A DNA stretch of 63,041 nt from the NCBI GenBank assembly GCA_023437755.1, contig JAEZFJ010000097.1:1-63041 (forward strand). Direction: 5' to 3'. The translations under genes and the position numbers were made by a program. The notes below the pieces were generated by a model. That model worked only from the letters and a program-made list of their open reading frames with translations, was not told the origin of the DNA and did no database searches. This document shows positions 40,177-49,549 of this stretch, piece by piece (positions within the stretch are counted from its first letter, which is position 1; every line of letters begins with the position of its first letter). This stretch comes from Pseudomonadota bacterium. Its GTDB lineage: Bacteria > Pseudomonadota > Alphaproteobacteria > Rhizobiales > Devosiaceae.

Positions 40177-41334
40177 TCATCCACGCACACGCCGCGCGCC
40201 GAGTAGAAGCCCCAACGCTCCGAGCCATATCAATCCGAACGCTCCACCGCCACGCTCGTCCGAGCTGGCGCTGCCTCCGCCGCCGATCACGGGTGGGTTC
40301 GGGCGGCGATCGCGAGATTGGTCCTCGAGCGGGATCTGCGCGAGCTCGGGGCGTTCGCTGCCTGCCGTTGCAACGAGCAGTCCCGTCGCCGAATCGTACA
40401 AGTCGATCTGCACGTCGTAGTACGAGGTCGGATAGCCGCTGAGCCAATCGATCCCCAGCGTGTAGGTATCCGCACTTCCGCTCGCATCGAGGAAGAAATC
40501 TTCGGAGGTGTGCTCTTCGATCCAATCCCCGCCCTGTGCTCGCACCCAGATGTTCGCGTACACGCTGGCACCGTCGAAGTCGGCATCCGGATCGAATGAG
40601 ATCTCGAAACGCGAGTAGTGCCCGTCGCCATCGTCATCGATGAGCAACGTCGTCTCGATCTCGCCGATCGAGTAGCCAGGCAGCTCGATCGGAACGTCCA
40701 ATCCGATCTCTTCCAGCGGCAGGAACTCGAGCTCAGCCGTGTCCTCCGGTCCGATCGTCGCCACAATGTCGCTGTAGCCGACCTCGTAAAGATCGATCAG
40801 CACGTCGTACTCTGCAGTCGCAAAGCCTGTGTCCAATGTCGTCGTGACGTAATAGTCGTCCGAGCCCGAGCGCCCATCGAGCCAGAAATCATCGGTCGTG
40901 TGGTAGAGCAGCCAGTCCACTTCTCCGAAGCGGCGCAGGTACAGCTTCGCGTAAACACGCACATTGCCGACATCGGAGTCCGCATCGAAGCGCACGCGAA
41001 ACTCGCTGAAGTACCCGTCTTGATCGCGGTCCGTCAGCAGCAGCGTCGAGGCGTTGCGAAAATACAGATGAGTTCCGAAGCCGGACAGATGCATCGAGCC
41101 GGAGCGAATCTCGCGCGCGGCCGGTGCGGCCTTCAAAGAAGGCTTCGAGTACTTGACGCCCGAACGAGCGGTGCGCGCTGCGCCATCGGCTTCGATGCGT
41201 GTGTACTTGGACGTTCTCGCAGGATCGACAGAAGCCGAGGGCAGCTCCGATTCATAGCCTTCGGCATTGGAAAGTGCTGCGCTTGGTATGGCGAAGGCCA
41301 GGATGCTTGCCGCAACAACCCATTTCATCTTCAT
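40177..41334 (-). CDS. secreted acidic protein with duplicated domain and GlyGly-CTERM anchor (choice-of-anchor H-like)
   Basis: Signal peptide; two copies of D.D.DG..S.F...FD.D...YDV.IDLY...PLE; tail GGGAFGLIWLGALGLLLGARRVRG. Confidence 0.8.
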   Translation of the reverse strand: MKMKWVVAASILAFAIPSAALSNAEGYESELPSASVDPARTSKYTRIEADGAARTARSGVKYSKPSLKAAPAAREIRSGSMHLSGFGTHLYFRNASTLLLTDRDQDGYFSEFRVRFDADSDVGNVRVYAKLYLRRFGEVDWLLYHTTDDFWLDGRSGSDDYYVTTTLDTGFATAEYDVLIDLYEVGYSDIVATIGPEDTAELEFLPLEEIGLDVPIELPGYSIGEIETTLLIDDDGDGHYSRFEISFDPDADFDGASVYANIWVRAQGGDWIEEHTSEDFFLDASGSADTYTLGIDWLSGYPTSYYDVQIDLYDSATGLLVATAGSERPELAQIPLEDQSRDRRPNPPVIGGGGSASSDERGGGAFGLIWLGALGLLLGARRVRG

Positions 41335-41589
41335 CGCTCCCACTCCAGCATGGAGCGATTCAAGCGCTTTCGTGCTTAATGCATCCTGAACTCTACGAAG
41401 CACGCAACCGCGATCGAATCGTTTGCACGCCGTTGATTATGAGACGAGCCGCACAGGCTCGACGCATCGGGCTTCGCACGCGATCCGCTCATCACTTAGG
41501 CTCGACCCAATGAGCGTCAACCCGGCGAAGGCCGGGGTCCGGGACTTCTGTGCTCAAGACACTGGCTTGCCTGGATCCCGGCCTGCGCC

Positions 41590-41900
41590 CACTGCTGTCC
41601 GGGGAAATGAATTGAGAAGCGATGTTTCATTCGGTCTTTGCAGGGTATTCGTACGCGTGCTGTCGACGGCAACTCAACTGCGCAAGGGTCTATGGATGCG
41701 TCCCTTCCCTTGCGGCAGCGCGGGCCGCTCCCGTGCATCCATGCACTTCGCGCCATTTGTACGTCCTGTGCATCAGAAGGACAGGATGGGGCGCGTAATA
41801 GCGCGCACTTTTGCGCCCCCTCCCTAATCCTCCCCCGCTTCGCAAGGGAGGGAACATGGGACGAGAGGCGCCCCGCGCTAGTTTTCCCCGGACAGCAATG
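41590..41900. mobile_element. 311-bp non-autonomous element (MITE) inserted in a REP
   Basis: 18-bp TIRs cactgctgtccggggaaa / tttccccggacagcaatg; 10-bp direct repeat ggcctgcgcc at 41580-41589 and 41901-41910. Confidence 0.75.
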
Positions 41901-41952
41901 GGCCTGCGCCGGGATGACGTCAATTTGGCGAAGATTTGCAAAGGAAGCTGAG

Positions 41953-42498
41953 ATGTCTACTCACATCAATCCCTACGCGCCGCCGCAAGCCGAAGTCGCC
42001 GATATCAGCGGCGACAATCCAGAGGCAGAGTCGATCCGCCGCGAGCACATCAAGCACGAGGCTTCGATCCGATCGGTCGGGTTTCTGTATTACTTCGGCG
42101 CGGCGATGATGCTGATCGCAGCCGTCATGTTCATCGTCGGCCTTCAGGAGATGGCGTTCGGCTATGGCTTGGCGATCATCTATGGAGCGCTCGCGGTCCT
42201 CAGCATCGCGGTCGGTCATGAGCTTCGTGCGCTCAAGCCTTGGGCGCGCATCGCTGCGATAGTGCTATCGGTGATCGGTCTGTTGGGCTTTCCGCTCGGC
42301 ACGTTGATCAACGGTTACATTCTGTATCTCCTGCTTTCGAAGAAGGGTCGGCGCATCTTCGAATCCGATTACGCCGACATCGTCGCGGCGACACCGCATG
42401 TCAAATACAAGACGTCAGTTCTCATTTGGATGCTGCTCGGCATTCTCGCCGTTGGGATCATAGCTGCGATCACCCTGCCTATGATCCTGCGCCCCTGA
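41953..42498 (+). CDS. membrane protein with N-terminal NPYxxP motif
   Basis: AAGGA SD; MSTHINPYAPPQA; ~4 TMs; FPLGTLINGYILYLL. Confidence 0.8.
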   Translation: MSTHINPYAPPQAEVADISGDNPEAESIRREHIKHEASIRSVGFLYYFGAAMMLIAAVMFIVGLQEMAFGYGLAIIYGALAVLSIAVGHELRALKPWARIAAIVLSVIGLLGFPLGTLINGYILYLLLSKKGRRIFESDYADIVAATPHVKYKTSVLIWMLLGILAVGIIAAITLPMILRP

Positions 42499-42558
42499 CT
42501 TGCGCACGCGAGCACATGAGCAAAGTGACGGGCTAAGATGAAAGACAGATAGGTTACT

Positions 42559-42629
42559 CGTCGTCCTCGCGGAGGCGAGGATCCAGCCGGATGCTTCTGA
42601 TAGGCCCTCGCCTCCGCGAGGGTGACGAA
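42559..42629. repeat. paired REP-like palindromes
   Basis: cgtcgtcctcgcggaggcgaggatcc ... ggccctcgcctccgcgagggtgacg. Confidence 0.65.
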
Positions 42630-42865
42630 CATCAAGAGGGTGGAAGATCGCGAGCCGCGCGGCCGGCGTCCGATCCCTCTGAGTTGGATCGAAGATGAGG
42701 CCAGACAGGACGAACAGGATCGCCAGGGATGGAAGCACGAGAGGATTCTTCTCGCGCGCTTTCGTCCGTCTTCCTCGAATCCTGTCCCACCTGTTCTTCA
42801 ATCCGCGCCGACCAACAAAACTCCACTTGCACGATTGGAACCGGCGGAGGCAAGGTTCTATTCTC

Positions 42866-42929
42866 CCGTAGCCCGTAGCCCGTAGCCCGTAGCCCGTAGC
42901 CTGTAGCCTGTAGCTTGTAGCTTGTAGCC
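42866..42929 (+). repeat. heptamer tandem array (ccgtagc/ctgtagc/ttgtagc, ~9 units) at the compositional boundary
   Basis: Read directly; ends a few nt before the FabZ ATG. Confidence 0.9.
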
Positions 42930-42933
42930 GGAC

Positions 42934-43359
42934 ATGTCCGACCCACTCTCGCTTCTGCCGCACCAGCCGCCCATGCGGCTCATCGATGAAGTGGTGCACC
43001 TCGAGCCTGGGGTGTCGGCGACGAGTCGTCGGACGACCCGCGTGGGCGACTTCTTCTTTCAGGGCCACTTCCCGGGCACGCCGGTCGTGCCGGCCGTCGT
43101 GCTCGTGGAGTTGCTGGCGCAGACCGGCGGTCTGGCGGCGGGCACGCGCGCGTCGGTGGGGCAGCCGCCAAAGGGCATGCGTGTGGCGGCGCTCGGGCCC
43201 TGGAAGTTTCCTGCCGGCTGCGGGGTGGGTGTCACGCTCGAGGCCTCGGCCAGGGTGGTCGGCCAGCTCGGGCGCCTGTGGAAGATCGAGGGGGAAGTGA
43301 CGGCCGACGGCATGCGCGTCGCCGCCGGCAGCCTGACGCTCGCCGAAGTCGACGGGTGA
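42934..43359 (+). CDS. FabZ-like 3-hydroxyacyl-ACP dehydratase
   Basis: LLPHQPPMRLID; FFQGHFPGTPVVPAVVLVELLAQ. Confidence 0.92.
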   Translation: MSDPLSLLPHQPPMRLIDEVVHLEPGVSATSRRTTRVGDFFFQGHFPGTPVVPAVVLVELLAQTGGLAAGTRASVGQPPKGMRVAALGPWKFPAGCGVGVTLEASARVVGQLGRLWKIEGEVTADGMRVAAGSLTLAEVDG

Positions 43360-43367
43360 ACGAACCC

Positions 43368-44297
43368 TTACAGTTCGGCGACGCCTTCGACTTCGACCAG
43401 CAGGTCGGTGCGGCACAGTTCGGCCTGGGCGTACTCCACGTCGAGCACGTCTGGGTAGCGGGCGTCCATGAGCGCCTGCACCGCCGGGGCATCTTCCTGA
43501 TGGACCACATAGACGCGCAGCGAGGTGAACTGCGGCGGCCGTCCGTCGTGGTGCTCCGGACGGTCCTCCGAATGCGCACGCTCGGCCTCCTCGAGCAGCG
43601 CGTCGAGGTTCGCGATCGTCTCGAGAGTCTGCGCCTCGACGTCCCCCACGAAAGCGGTGTCTTCGCCCCTGATGCTGGCCGTGCCCGCCACGAGCAGCCA
43701 CCAGGCCTCGTCAATTGGACGCATCACCCGCGTGGCGCGGGCGAAACACGGCGGCCGCGGGCCGAACCGCTGCGAGTACCGATACGCCGGCACCTGGCGG
43801 GGGTTCTCCACCGGCTTCCCAGGTGCGTCGGCGGCCAGGCAATGGATGGCCAGCGACGACCCCACGATCCCTACACCCGAGGCAGAGGCCAGCGTGTGGT
43901 CGAACGCGTTGGGCGACCCGTGCCAGTGTTCACACGCGGCGAAGCGGCCGGCGTTGAACACCATGTAGCGGTCCAGTCCCTGCCCGCTGGGCGTGTGGAT
44001 GGAGGGCACGAAATTCCAGAAGCGCACCGGGTGCCGCCGCTGACCGTTGAGGACGTCCGCAACGGCCAGGTACGCCTGCCGCACACGGTCGGCCAGGACG
44101 TCGGGCTCGAGCGCGTCGGCGCCGGCCACCTGCACCTGCACGTGGGTGAAATGCGCGCCCGTGGCCACCTGGACGACGCTGGTCTCGGTGGTCTCGGTCT
44201 GGTGTGTGGCGCGCCCGACCAGCGTGGAGAGCCAGGCGGGGGGATCGGGCCTGAGCCCCTGGATCGCGGCGTGGGAGATCGGGTGAGGATGGTGCAT
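43368..44297 (-). CDS. FkbO/Hyg5/XanB2-family chorismatase
   Basis: VRFWNF; DRYMVFNAGR; ENPRQVPAYRYSQRFGPRPPCFARAT; AGTASIRGE; LCRTDLLVEVEG. Start uncertain (44297-44324). Confidence 0.88.
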   Translation of the reverse strand: MHHPHPISHAAIQGLRPDPPAWLSTLVGRATHQTETTETSVVQVATGAHFTHVQVQVAGADALEPDVLADRVRQAYLAVADVLNGQRRHPVRFWNFVPSIHTPSGQGLDRYMVFNAGRFAACEHWHGSPNAFDHTLASASGVGIVGSSLAIHCLAADAPGKPVENPRQVPAYRYSQRFGPRPPCFARATRVMRPIDEAWWLLVAGTASIRGEDTAFVGDVEAQTLETIANLDALLEEAERAHSEDRPEHHDGRPPQFTSLRVYVVHQEDAPAVQALMDARYPDVLDVEYAQAELCRTDLLVEVEGVAEL

Positions 44298-44356
44298 TCG
44301 GGCAAGCGCGCGAGCATGCATCATCGGCACGCCGCAAGTTGTCATAATACCCGAAG

Positions 44357-45529
44357 ATGTCGTCGGCCCTGCTGTCTCCGTCCGAACGCGCCCTGGCCCG
44401 AGCCACCCGCCTGCAGCGTGCCGTGCATACGTTGCGGTCGGAGGCCGACACACGGGGACGCGAGGCGACGGCCGTGGGCACGGGACTGCTCATCGGCTGC
44501 ACGCCGTTCTGGGGCGTGCACTTCTTCCTCTGCTGGGGTGTCGGCCGGCTGCTCCGGCTCAACCGCCTGAAGCTGTACCTGTCCGCGAACCTCGTCAACC
44601 CCGTCATCCTGCCCGCCTTGCTCTACGCCGAGGTGCAGACCGGGGCGTGGCTGCGTCGCGGCGAGACCCTGGTGCTGACGCGTGGGTCGTTTGCCACGTT
44701 GAGCCCCTGGGAGTTCGGAGGTGACCTGATGCTGGGCAGTGTGGTCATCGGCACAACCGTCGGGCTGCTCGGGGCGTTGGTCACGTATGTCGCCCGTCGG
44801 CCGACGCCCGATCCCTTCTACCGCCAACTCGCGCGTCGGGCCGCCGACCGTTATCTCGATGCCGGTGTCACCGCATGGGAGTTTGCGCGGGGTAAGTTGA
44901 GCGGCGACCCCGTGTACCGGTACACCCTCGACACGCACCTCGCCGGGCGGACCGGCACGGTCGTCGACCTCGGGTGCGGGCAGGGCCTGATGCTCGCGGT
45001 GATTGCCGAGGCGCAGGCAGTCGCGCGCGACGGGCTGTGGCCGCCGGCGCGTCCCGCAGCGCCAGCCTTCTCGAGGATGGTGGGCATCGAGTTGCGGACG
45101 CGTCTCGCCACGATGGGCGCCAGGGCGCTCCACGGCGAAGCGGAGATCCGCTCCGGTGACATCCGCAGCGAGGGCCTGCCGCCGGCCGACGTCGTGCTGA
45201 TTTTCGACGTGCTGCACATGTTGCCCGCCGACCAGCACGCCCCCATGCTGCGGGCGGTCGTCGACGCCCTCACTCATGATGGCTGCCTGGTGGTGCGCGA
45301 CGCCGACGCCAGTGCAGGCTGGCGATTCTGGATGGTGCGTCTCGCCAACCGGCTCAAGTCGATCGCCACGGGCCGCTTCAGGCAGCGCTTTGCCTTCCGT
45401 ACGGCGGCCGACTGGCGCTCGCTGCTGGCATCCGTGGGGTTGGTGGCCTACGACCTGCCCATGAGCGAGGGCACGCCGTTCGGGAACGTGCTCCTGGTCG
45501 CGCGGCGGGCTGACGCCGTCACGCGCTGA
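44357..45529 (+). CDS. DUF2062 membrane domain fused to a class I SAM methyltransferase
   Basis: GLLIGCTPFWG...NLVNP (DUF2062-like); VVDLGCGQG; DVLHML. Confidence 0.82.
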   Translation: MSSALLSPSERALARATRLQRAVHTLRSEADTRGREATAVGTGLLIGCTPFWGVHFFLCWGVGRLLRLNRLKLYLSANLVNPVILPALLYAEVQTGAWLRRGETLVLTRGSFATLSPWEFGGDLMLGSVVIGTTVGLLGALVTYVARRPTPDPFYRQLARRAADRYLDAGVTAWEFARGKLSGDPVYRYTLDTHLAGRTGTVVDLGCGQGLMLAVIAEAQAVARDGLWPPARPAAPAFSRMVGIELRTRLATMGARALHGEAEIRSGDIRSEGLPPADVVLIFDVLHMLPADQHAPMLRAVVDALTHDGCLVVRDADASAGWRFWMVRLANRLKSIATGRFRQRFAFRTAADWRSLLASVGLVAYDLPMSEGTPFGNVLLVARRADAVTR

Positions 45530-45532
45530 TCG

Positions 45533-46729
45533 TCAGTCGCGCGGACCGCAGACCACCTGTCGGCGCCCCAGCCGTTCCTGCATATCGATCGCCCAGCCGT
45601 CCGGGTTGATCGGGATCACGCAGGGCCCCTCCCGGTCGAGGCACGCGATGGCGGTGTCCCAGTGACGGTCCGGGCGCGGCTCCACGCGCCAGGCACCGAC
45701 ATGCGCCAGCGGCACGAGCAGCGTGGCGACGGCCGCGGTCCACCACGATCGCTGCAGCAGCACGACGGCCCACGTCAGCAGGACGACCGGCACCACGTGA
45801 TAGCGGTCCGCGAGGATCAGGCCGGGATGGGCGCGCATCGAGACGATGGTGGCAGTCCAGACCACCAACGCGCACCCCGCACAAACCGCCGCGGGCCAGT
45901 GTCGTCGCCTGACGGCCAGCATCGCGGTAGTCGCGACCAGGGCGAGGCCGGCCGCCAGCGCCGCCATTGGCGCCATGCGCGCAAGCACCAGGTCGCCCGC
46001 CCATCGGCCGATGAGGCTGCCGGTCATCGCATGGGCCGCCAGCGCGATCAGGTCGCCGGGGGTGCCCGGCACCTGCAGGCGCCCACTCGCCACCAGCGTC
46101 GCGGCCTGCACGGCGGTCATCAGCACGGCGGGGAGCACCGCCGCCCACGCCAGGCCCGACGCCCTGCCGACAGCCAGCCGCACGACCAACAGCGGCATCA
46201 GGTGGAGCGCCGCGGGCGACGACCCGGCGGCCAGCAGTAGCGTCGCCGCGTCGGTCACCATGTCGCGTGGCGTCGCGGGCAGTCGGCTCGCCAGCCACAG
46301 TGGGAACAGCAGCGTGAGATACCAGTGCCCGTAGGACGGTGCAAACAGCACCTCGGCGGCCATCGGCGGCAGCGCCAGGGGGACGACCATCGCGACGCGC
46401 GCCCACGGTGCGGCCGGCAGACGCGGACTCGCCAGCGCCCGGCACACCAGCGCCGGCGGCACGAGCGACGCCGCGGCATAGAGATGTGGCGCGTAGGCGG
46501 CGGGCGCCCATGAGGCGGCCCACGCCGTCAGTCGTGGAAAGACGTGCAGGTATCCCGCGTACTGGTGGGCGATGGCCGACAGGCCGCACCGCCACGCGTC
46601 CAGGAAGAAGACGACCCCGTCCTCGGCCCACAACTGCGGAGTCAGGACGGCGTCTGGCCGCCGCCAGATCGAGAGCCCGGCACAGACACCCAGCAGGAGC
46701 AGCCAGCCGCGGCCCGGGGCCCAGGTCAT
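45533..46729 (-). CDS. polytopic membrane protein, possible GT-C glycosyltransferase
   Basis: ATG46729; first TM followed by RRPD...QLWAEDG...YAGYLH.FPR loop; ~10 TMs. Confidence 0.6.
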   Translation of the reverse strand: MTWAPGRGWLLLLGVCAGLSIWRRPDAVLTPQLWAEDGVVFFLDAWRCGLSAIAHQYAGYLHVFPRLTAWAASWAPAAYAPHLYAAASLVPPALVCRALASPRLPAAPWARVAMVVPLALPPMAAEVLFAPSYGHWYLTLLFPLWLASRLPATPRDMVTDAATLLLAAGSSPAALHLMPLLVVRLAVGRASGLAWAAVLPAVLMTAVQAATLVASGRLQVPGTPGDLIALAAHAMTGSLIGRWAGDLVLARMAPMAALAAGLALVATTAMLAVRRRHWPAAVCAGCALVVWTATIVSMRAHPGLILADRYHVVPVVLLTWAVVLLQRSWWTAAVATLLVPLAHVGAWRVEPRPDRHWDTAIACLDREGPCVIPINPDGWAIDMQERLGRRQVVCGPRD

Positions 46730-46743
46730 GGCCGTCGAGTGTC

Positions 46744-47763
46744 TCACGGCGACCGGCGTTGGAGGTGTCCGCCGAGCCAGACGAGCGCCTCCACCGGCTG
46801 GCCGTCGCGGTCGAGCGACCCGCCGAACCACATCGCACATCGCAGGGGCGTCCACGGAGGGCGTACGTCCTGGTGCGGCACGCCCTCCTGCGGGTCGGCG
46901 GCCTCGTCGGCCGTCCAGCAGAAGCGCGCATCCGACCAGAACACGACGTGCCCGCCCTCGCGCGGCTCGCGCGTCACGAACGCGTAAGGATGCACCTGCG
47001 CGAAGTTCCGCGCCGTGGCGAACTGCCTGCGCGATGCCAGGGCGACATCGGTGCCCTCGCGCGTCGCCTGCGTGAAGCGCAGGTGCGGCACGCCGCTCCA
47101 GCCGTCCACACTCCATGCCCGCACGTCGCCGGTCGCGGTCCGGTCGAAGAAGAGCCAGTCGCGCCACGATCCCCAGGCGGCCTCGGTGCCGGTTCGCACG
47201 ACCTCCGGGCCCGAGGCCTGGCGGTAGACGGCCGTGGCCCACGACCGCGTGACGAGTTTGGCTGCGCAGAGCACCGCGAGCAGCGTCAGGGCCACCATTG
47301 CAGCCTGGCGGGGCCGGCGCGGCCACACGTACAACGCCGCCGCACCCGCCAACAGGCAGGCGATGGCGAGCGGGTCGGCCATCGCGACCACCGGTGCCGT
47401 CAGTCGCCACGACGACAGCGGCCAGAACGGCTGCAGGGTGGCGCTCGAGACGAGATCGAAGACGACGTGGCTGAGCGTGCCGACCCACGCGGCCAGGATG
47501 AGCGCGGGCCACGGGGTGTCGCGGGCCCCGTACCGGACCACGGCGGCCGTGAGCACCGCCGTGGCGAGCGTCCCGACGAGTGAATGCGTTCCGGCCTCGT
47601 GCCAGCGCAGGTAGATGTCCCACCCCGCGCCCATCAGCACCGCGTCCACGTCCGGTGCCATCCCACCCGCCGTCGTCGCCACCACGAGCGCCCGCGAAGT
47701 GTGCCGCTCGTCACGCAGTGCGGCGAGCATGCGCGCGAACAGGAGGTGAGAGACGGGATCCAT
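46744..47763 (-). CDS. YdjM/YbcI-like membrane metal-dependent hydrolase
   Basis: MDPVSH; APDVD; HEAGTHS; SHVVFD; PFWP. Confidence 0.85.
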   Translation of the reverse strand: MDPVSHLLFARMLAALRDERHTSRALVVATTAGGMAPDVDAVLMGAGWDIYLRWHEAGTHSLVGTLATAVLTAAVVRYGARDTPWPALILAAWVGTLSHVVFDLVSSATLQPFWPLSSWRLTAPVVAMADPLAIACLLAGAAALYVWPRRPRQAAMVALTLLAVLCAAKLVTRSWATAVYRQASGPEVVRTGTEAAWGSWRDWLFFDRTATGDVRAWSVDGWSGVPHLRFTQATREGTDVALASRRQFATARNFAQVHPYAFVTREPREGGHVVFWSDARFCWTADEAADPQEGVPHQDVRPPWTPLRCAMWFGGSLDRDGQPVEALVWLGGHLQRRSP

Positions 47764-47782
47764 GGGGAGGACGGGACGTGAT

Positions 47783-47878
47783 GCCTAACGCCTAACGCCT
47801 AACGCCTAACGCCCAACGACTGATGCCTGATGTCGCACGCCGCACGCCGCACGCCGCACGCCGCACGCCTCATGCCTG
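47783..47878 (+). repeat. heptamer tandem arrays (gcctaac)n and (gccgcac)n
   Basis: Read directly. Confidence 0.85.
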
Positions 47879-47909
47879 AGGGCTCGTGTTGCGGGGCTTC
47901 GACCTGCGA

Positions 47910-48878
47910 TCAGGCCCCCGCAGACCGTGGACCGTGGACCGTAGACCGTTCTCTGTCCTCGAAGTACGGATAGAACTGATACCAGCACTCCGGACGTTGG
48001 CGAATCTGGGCTTCGAGCACGTCGGCCACGGCCTGCGCGGCTCGGCGCATTTCCTGGTCACGCGGGGCGGAGCGGTCCACGTAGATCGGCTCGGCGGGTA
48101 TTGCGCGGAAACGCCCGTGCCCCTCTCGCACCAGGGTCATCGGGACGAGTGGAGCGCCGGTCAGGTACGCAAGGAGCGCAGGCGTGCCGAGGAACTCGAC
48201 GTCGCGACCAAAGAACGTCACGGGGACCCTGTCGCGGTCGACCGCCCGGTCCATCAGCAACGCCACGGCCCGGCCTTCCGACAACTTGCGGCGAATCTGC
48301 AGCGGCGTGTCGAGTGACTGGCGCACCTCGAGCGTGTCCACGCCGAGCGACTCGCGGATGCGCAGGCGATAGGCATGCACGTGCGGGTCGGGCTCGGCCA
48401 TCGCCACCACCGTCAGCGGCACGCCGAGCGCCCGCATCACGATCGCCCCGGCCTCCCAGTTGCCGAAATGCCCCGTCACCAGGATCACGCCGCGGCCCTG
48501 TGCCATGGCGCCCTGCAGCCGCTCGCCGTGTTCGTACGCGAAACGTTCGAGCACCACCTCCCGTGGCCAGCGCAGCGCCTTGATGAAGTCGACGTAGTCG
48601 TTGGCGTAGCTCACGTAGGTGGCCAGCGCGCGGCGGTACAACTGTCGGCGGCTCTCGCCGGGAAAGACGACCGACAGATTCTGGACGAGCGCGGTGGTCG
48701 CAGAAGGCAGGGCCCGCCGCAACACACGCGCGCCCACCTGCACGATGGGCCAGTCGAGCGGCCGTGGCGTGTAGATGGATCCGTAGTAGCCCAGCGTGAA
48801 GACGAGGCCATTGTTGAAGCCGTGCGAGATCCAGCGGATGGGCTCCCGGCGCCAGGACGGAGCGTGTGTGGCCATCAT
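47910..48878 (-). CDS. LpxL/HtrB-like lysophospholipid acyltransferase
   Basis: GRGVILVTGHFGNWE; VALLMDR; VTFFG; IRQRPECW; ATGA overlap with GT2. Confidence 0.9.
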   Translation of the reverse strand: MMATHAPSWRREPIRWISHGFNNGLVFTLGYYGSIYTPRPLDWPIVQVGARVLRRALPSATTALVQNLSVVFPGESRRQLYRRALATYVSYANDYVDFIKALRWPREVVLERFAYEHGERLQGAMAQGRGVILVTGHFGNWEAGAIVMRALGVPLTVVAMAEPDPHVHAYRLRIRESLGVDTLEVRQSLDTPLQIRRKLSEGRAVALLMDRAVDRDRVPVTFFGRDVEFLGTPALLAYLTGAPLVPMTLVREGHGRFRAIPAEPIYVDRSAPRDQEMRRAAQAVADVLEAQIRQRPECWYQFYPYFEDRERSTVHGPRSAGA

Positions 48879-49549
48879 CGCGGTAGCGGCACGAACCGGT
48901 AGAACACGGCCAGCAGGACGTTGCGTGACGTGTCGCGCACCGGGCGCAGCTTGCTGCGCGACCCGTTGTAGACCGCCGATACAGGCACGCCGACCACACG
49001 AGCGCGTCGGCGCCCCAGCTTCACGATCATCTCGGTCTCGATCTCGTACCCCCGCCCGCACAAACCCAGGCCATCCACCGCGTCGAGCGCCAGCAGACGG
49101 AAGCCCGACTGCGTGTCGTTCAGCGGCACGCCGAGCAGCGACGAGAGCAGGCGGCTGCCCAGCACGTTGGCCCAATAACGTGACGCCGGCATCGCGGCCC
49201 GCTGGAACACGCGCTCGCCGACCACGAGCGCGGCGCCCGTGGATCGGCCCGCGTCGATGAGCCGAGGGATCTCGTCGGGCCGGTGCTGGAGGTCACCGTC
49301 CATCAGCAGGACGTGCGTGGTGCCCGTCCCCCGCAGCTGCTCGAGGCCTGCGCGCACTGCCGACCCCTTGCCCGCATTGCTGGGCATCGTCAGCACGTCG
49401 GCGCCAGCGGCCCGGGCCGCGTCGCCCGTGCCGTCCGTGGACCCATCGTCCACCACCAGGACGGAGGCGACGTGCGGCAGCGCCCCCCGCACCACGTCGG
49501 CGATGGTCTCACGTTCGTTCAGGGCCGGGACGACCGCCACGACCTTCAT
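48875..49549 (-). CDS. GT2 glycosyltransferase (DPM1-like)
   Basis: VPALNE; VVDDGSTDGT; GKG; MDGDLQH; DTQSGFR. Confidence 0.93.
   Translation of the reverse strand: MKVVAVVPALNERETIADVVRGALPHVASVLVVDDGSTDGTGDAARAAGADVLTMPSNAGKGSAVRAGLEQLRGTGTTHVLLMDGDLQHRPDEIPRLIDAGRSTGAALVVGERVFQRAAMPASRYWANVLGSRLLSSLLGVPLNDTQSGFRLLALDAVDGLGLCGRGYEIETEMIVKLGRRRARVVGVPVSAVYNGSRSKLRPVRDTSRNVLLAVFYRFVPLPR

Noticed and set aside
41638..41952. N-terminal extension of the 286-aa ORF
   Set aside because: It reads through the MITE/REP; the likely start is ATG41953 with an SD.
46730..47623. 696-aa version of the membrane protein; likewise the extended starts of the 1127-aa, 489-aa, 421-aa and 385-aa ORFs
   Set aside because: The extensions overlap bona fide neighbouring genes; downstream starts with signal peptides or stop/start overlaps fit better.
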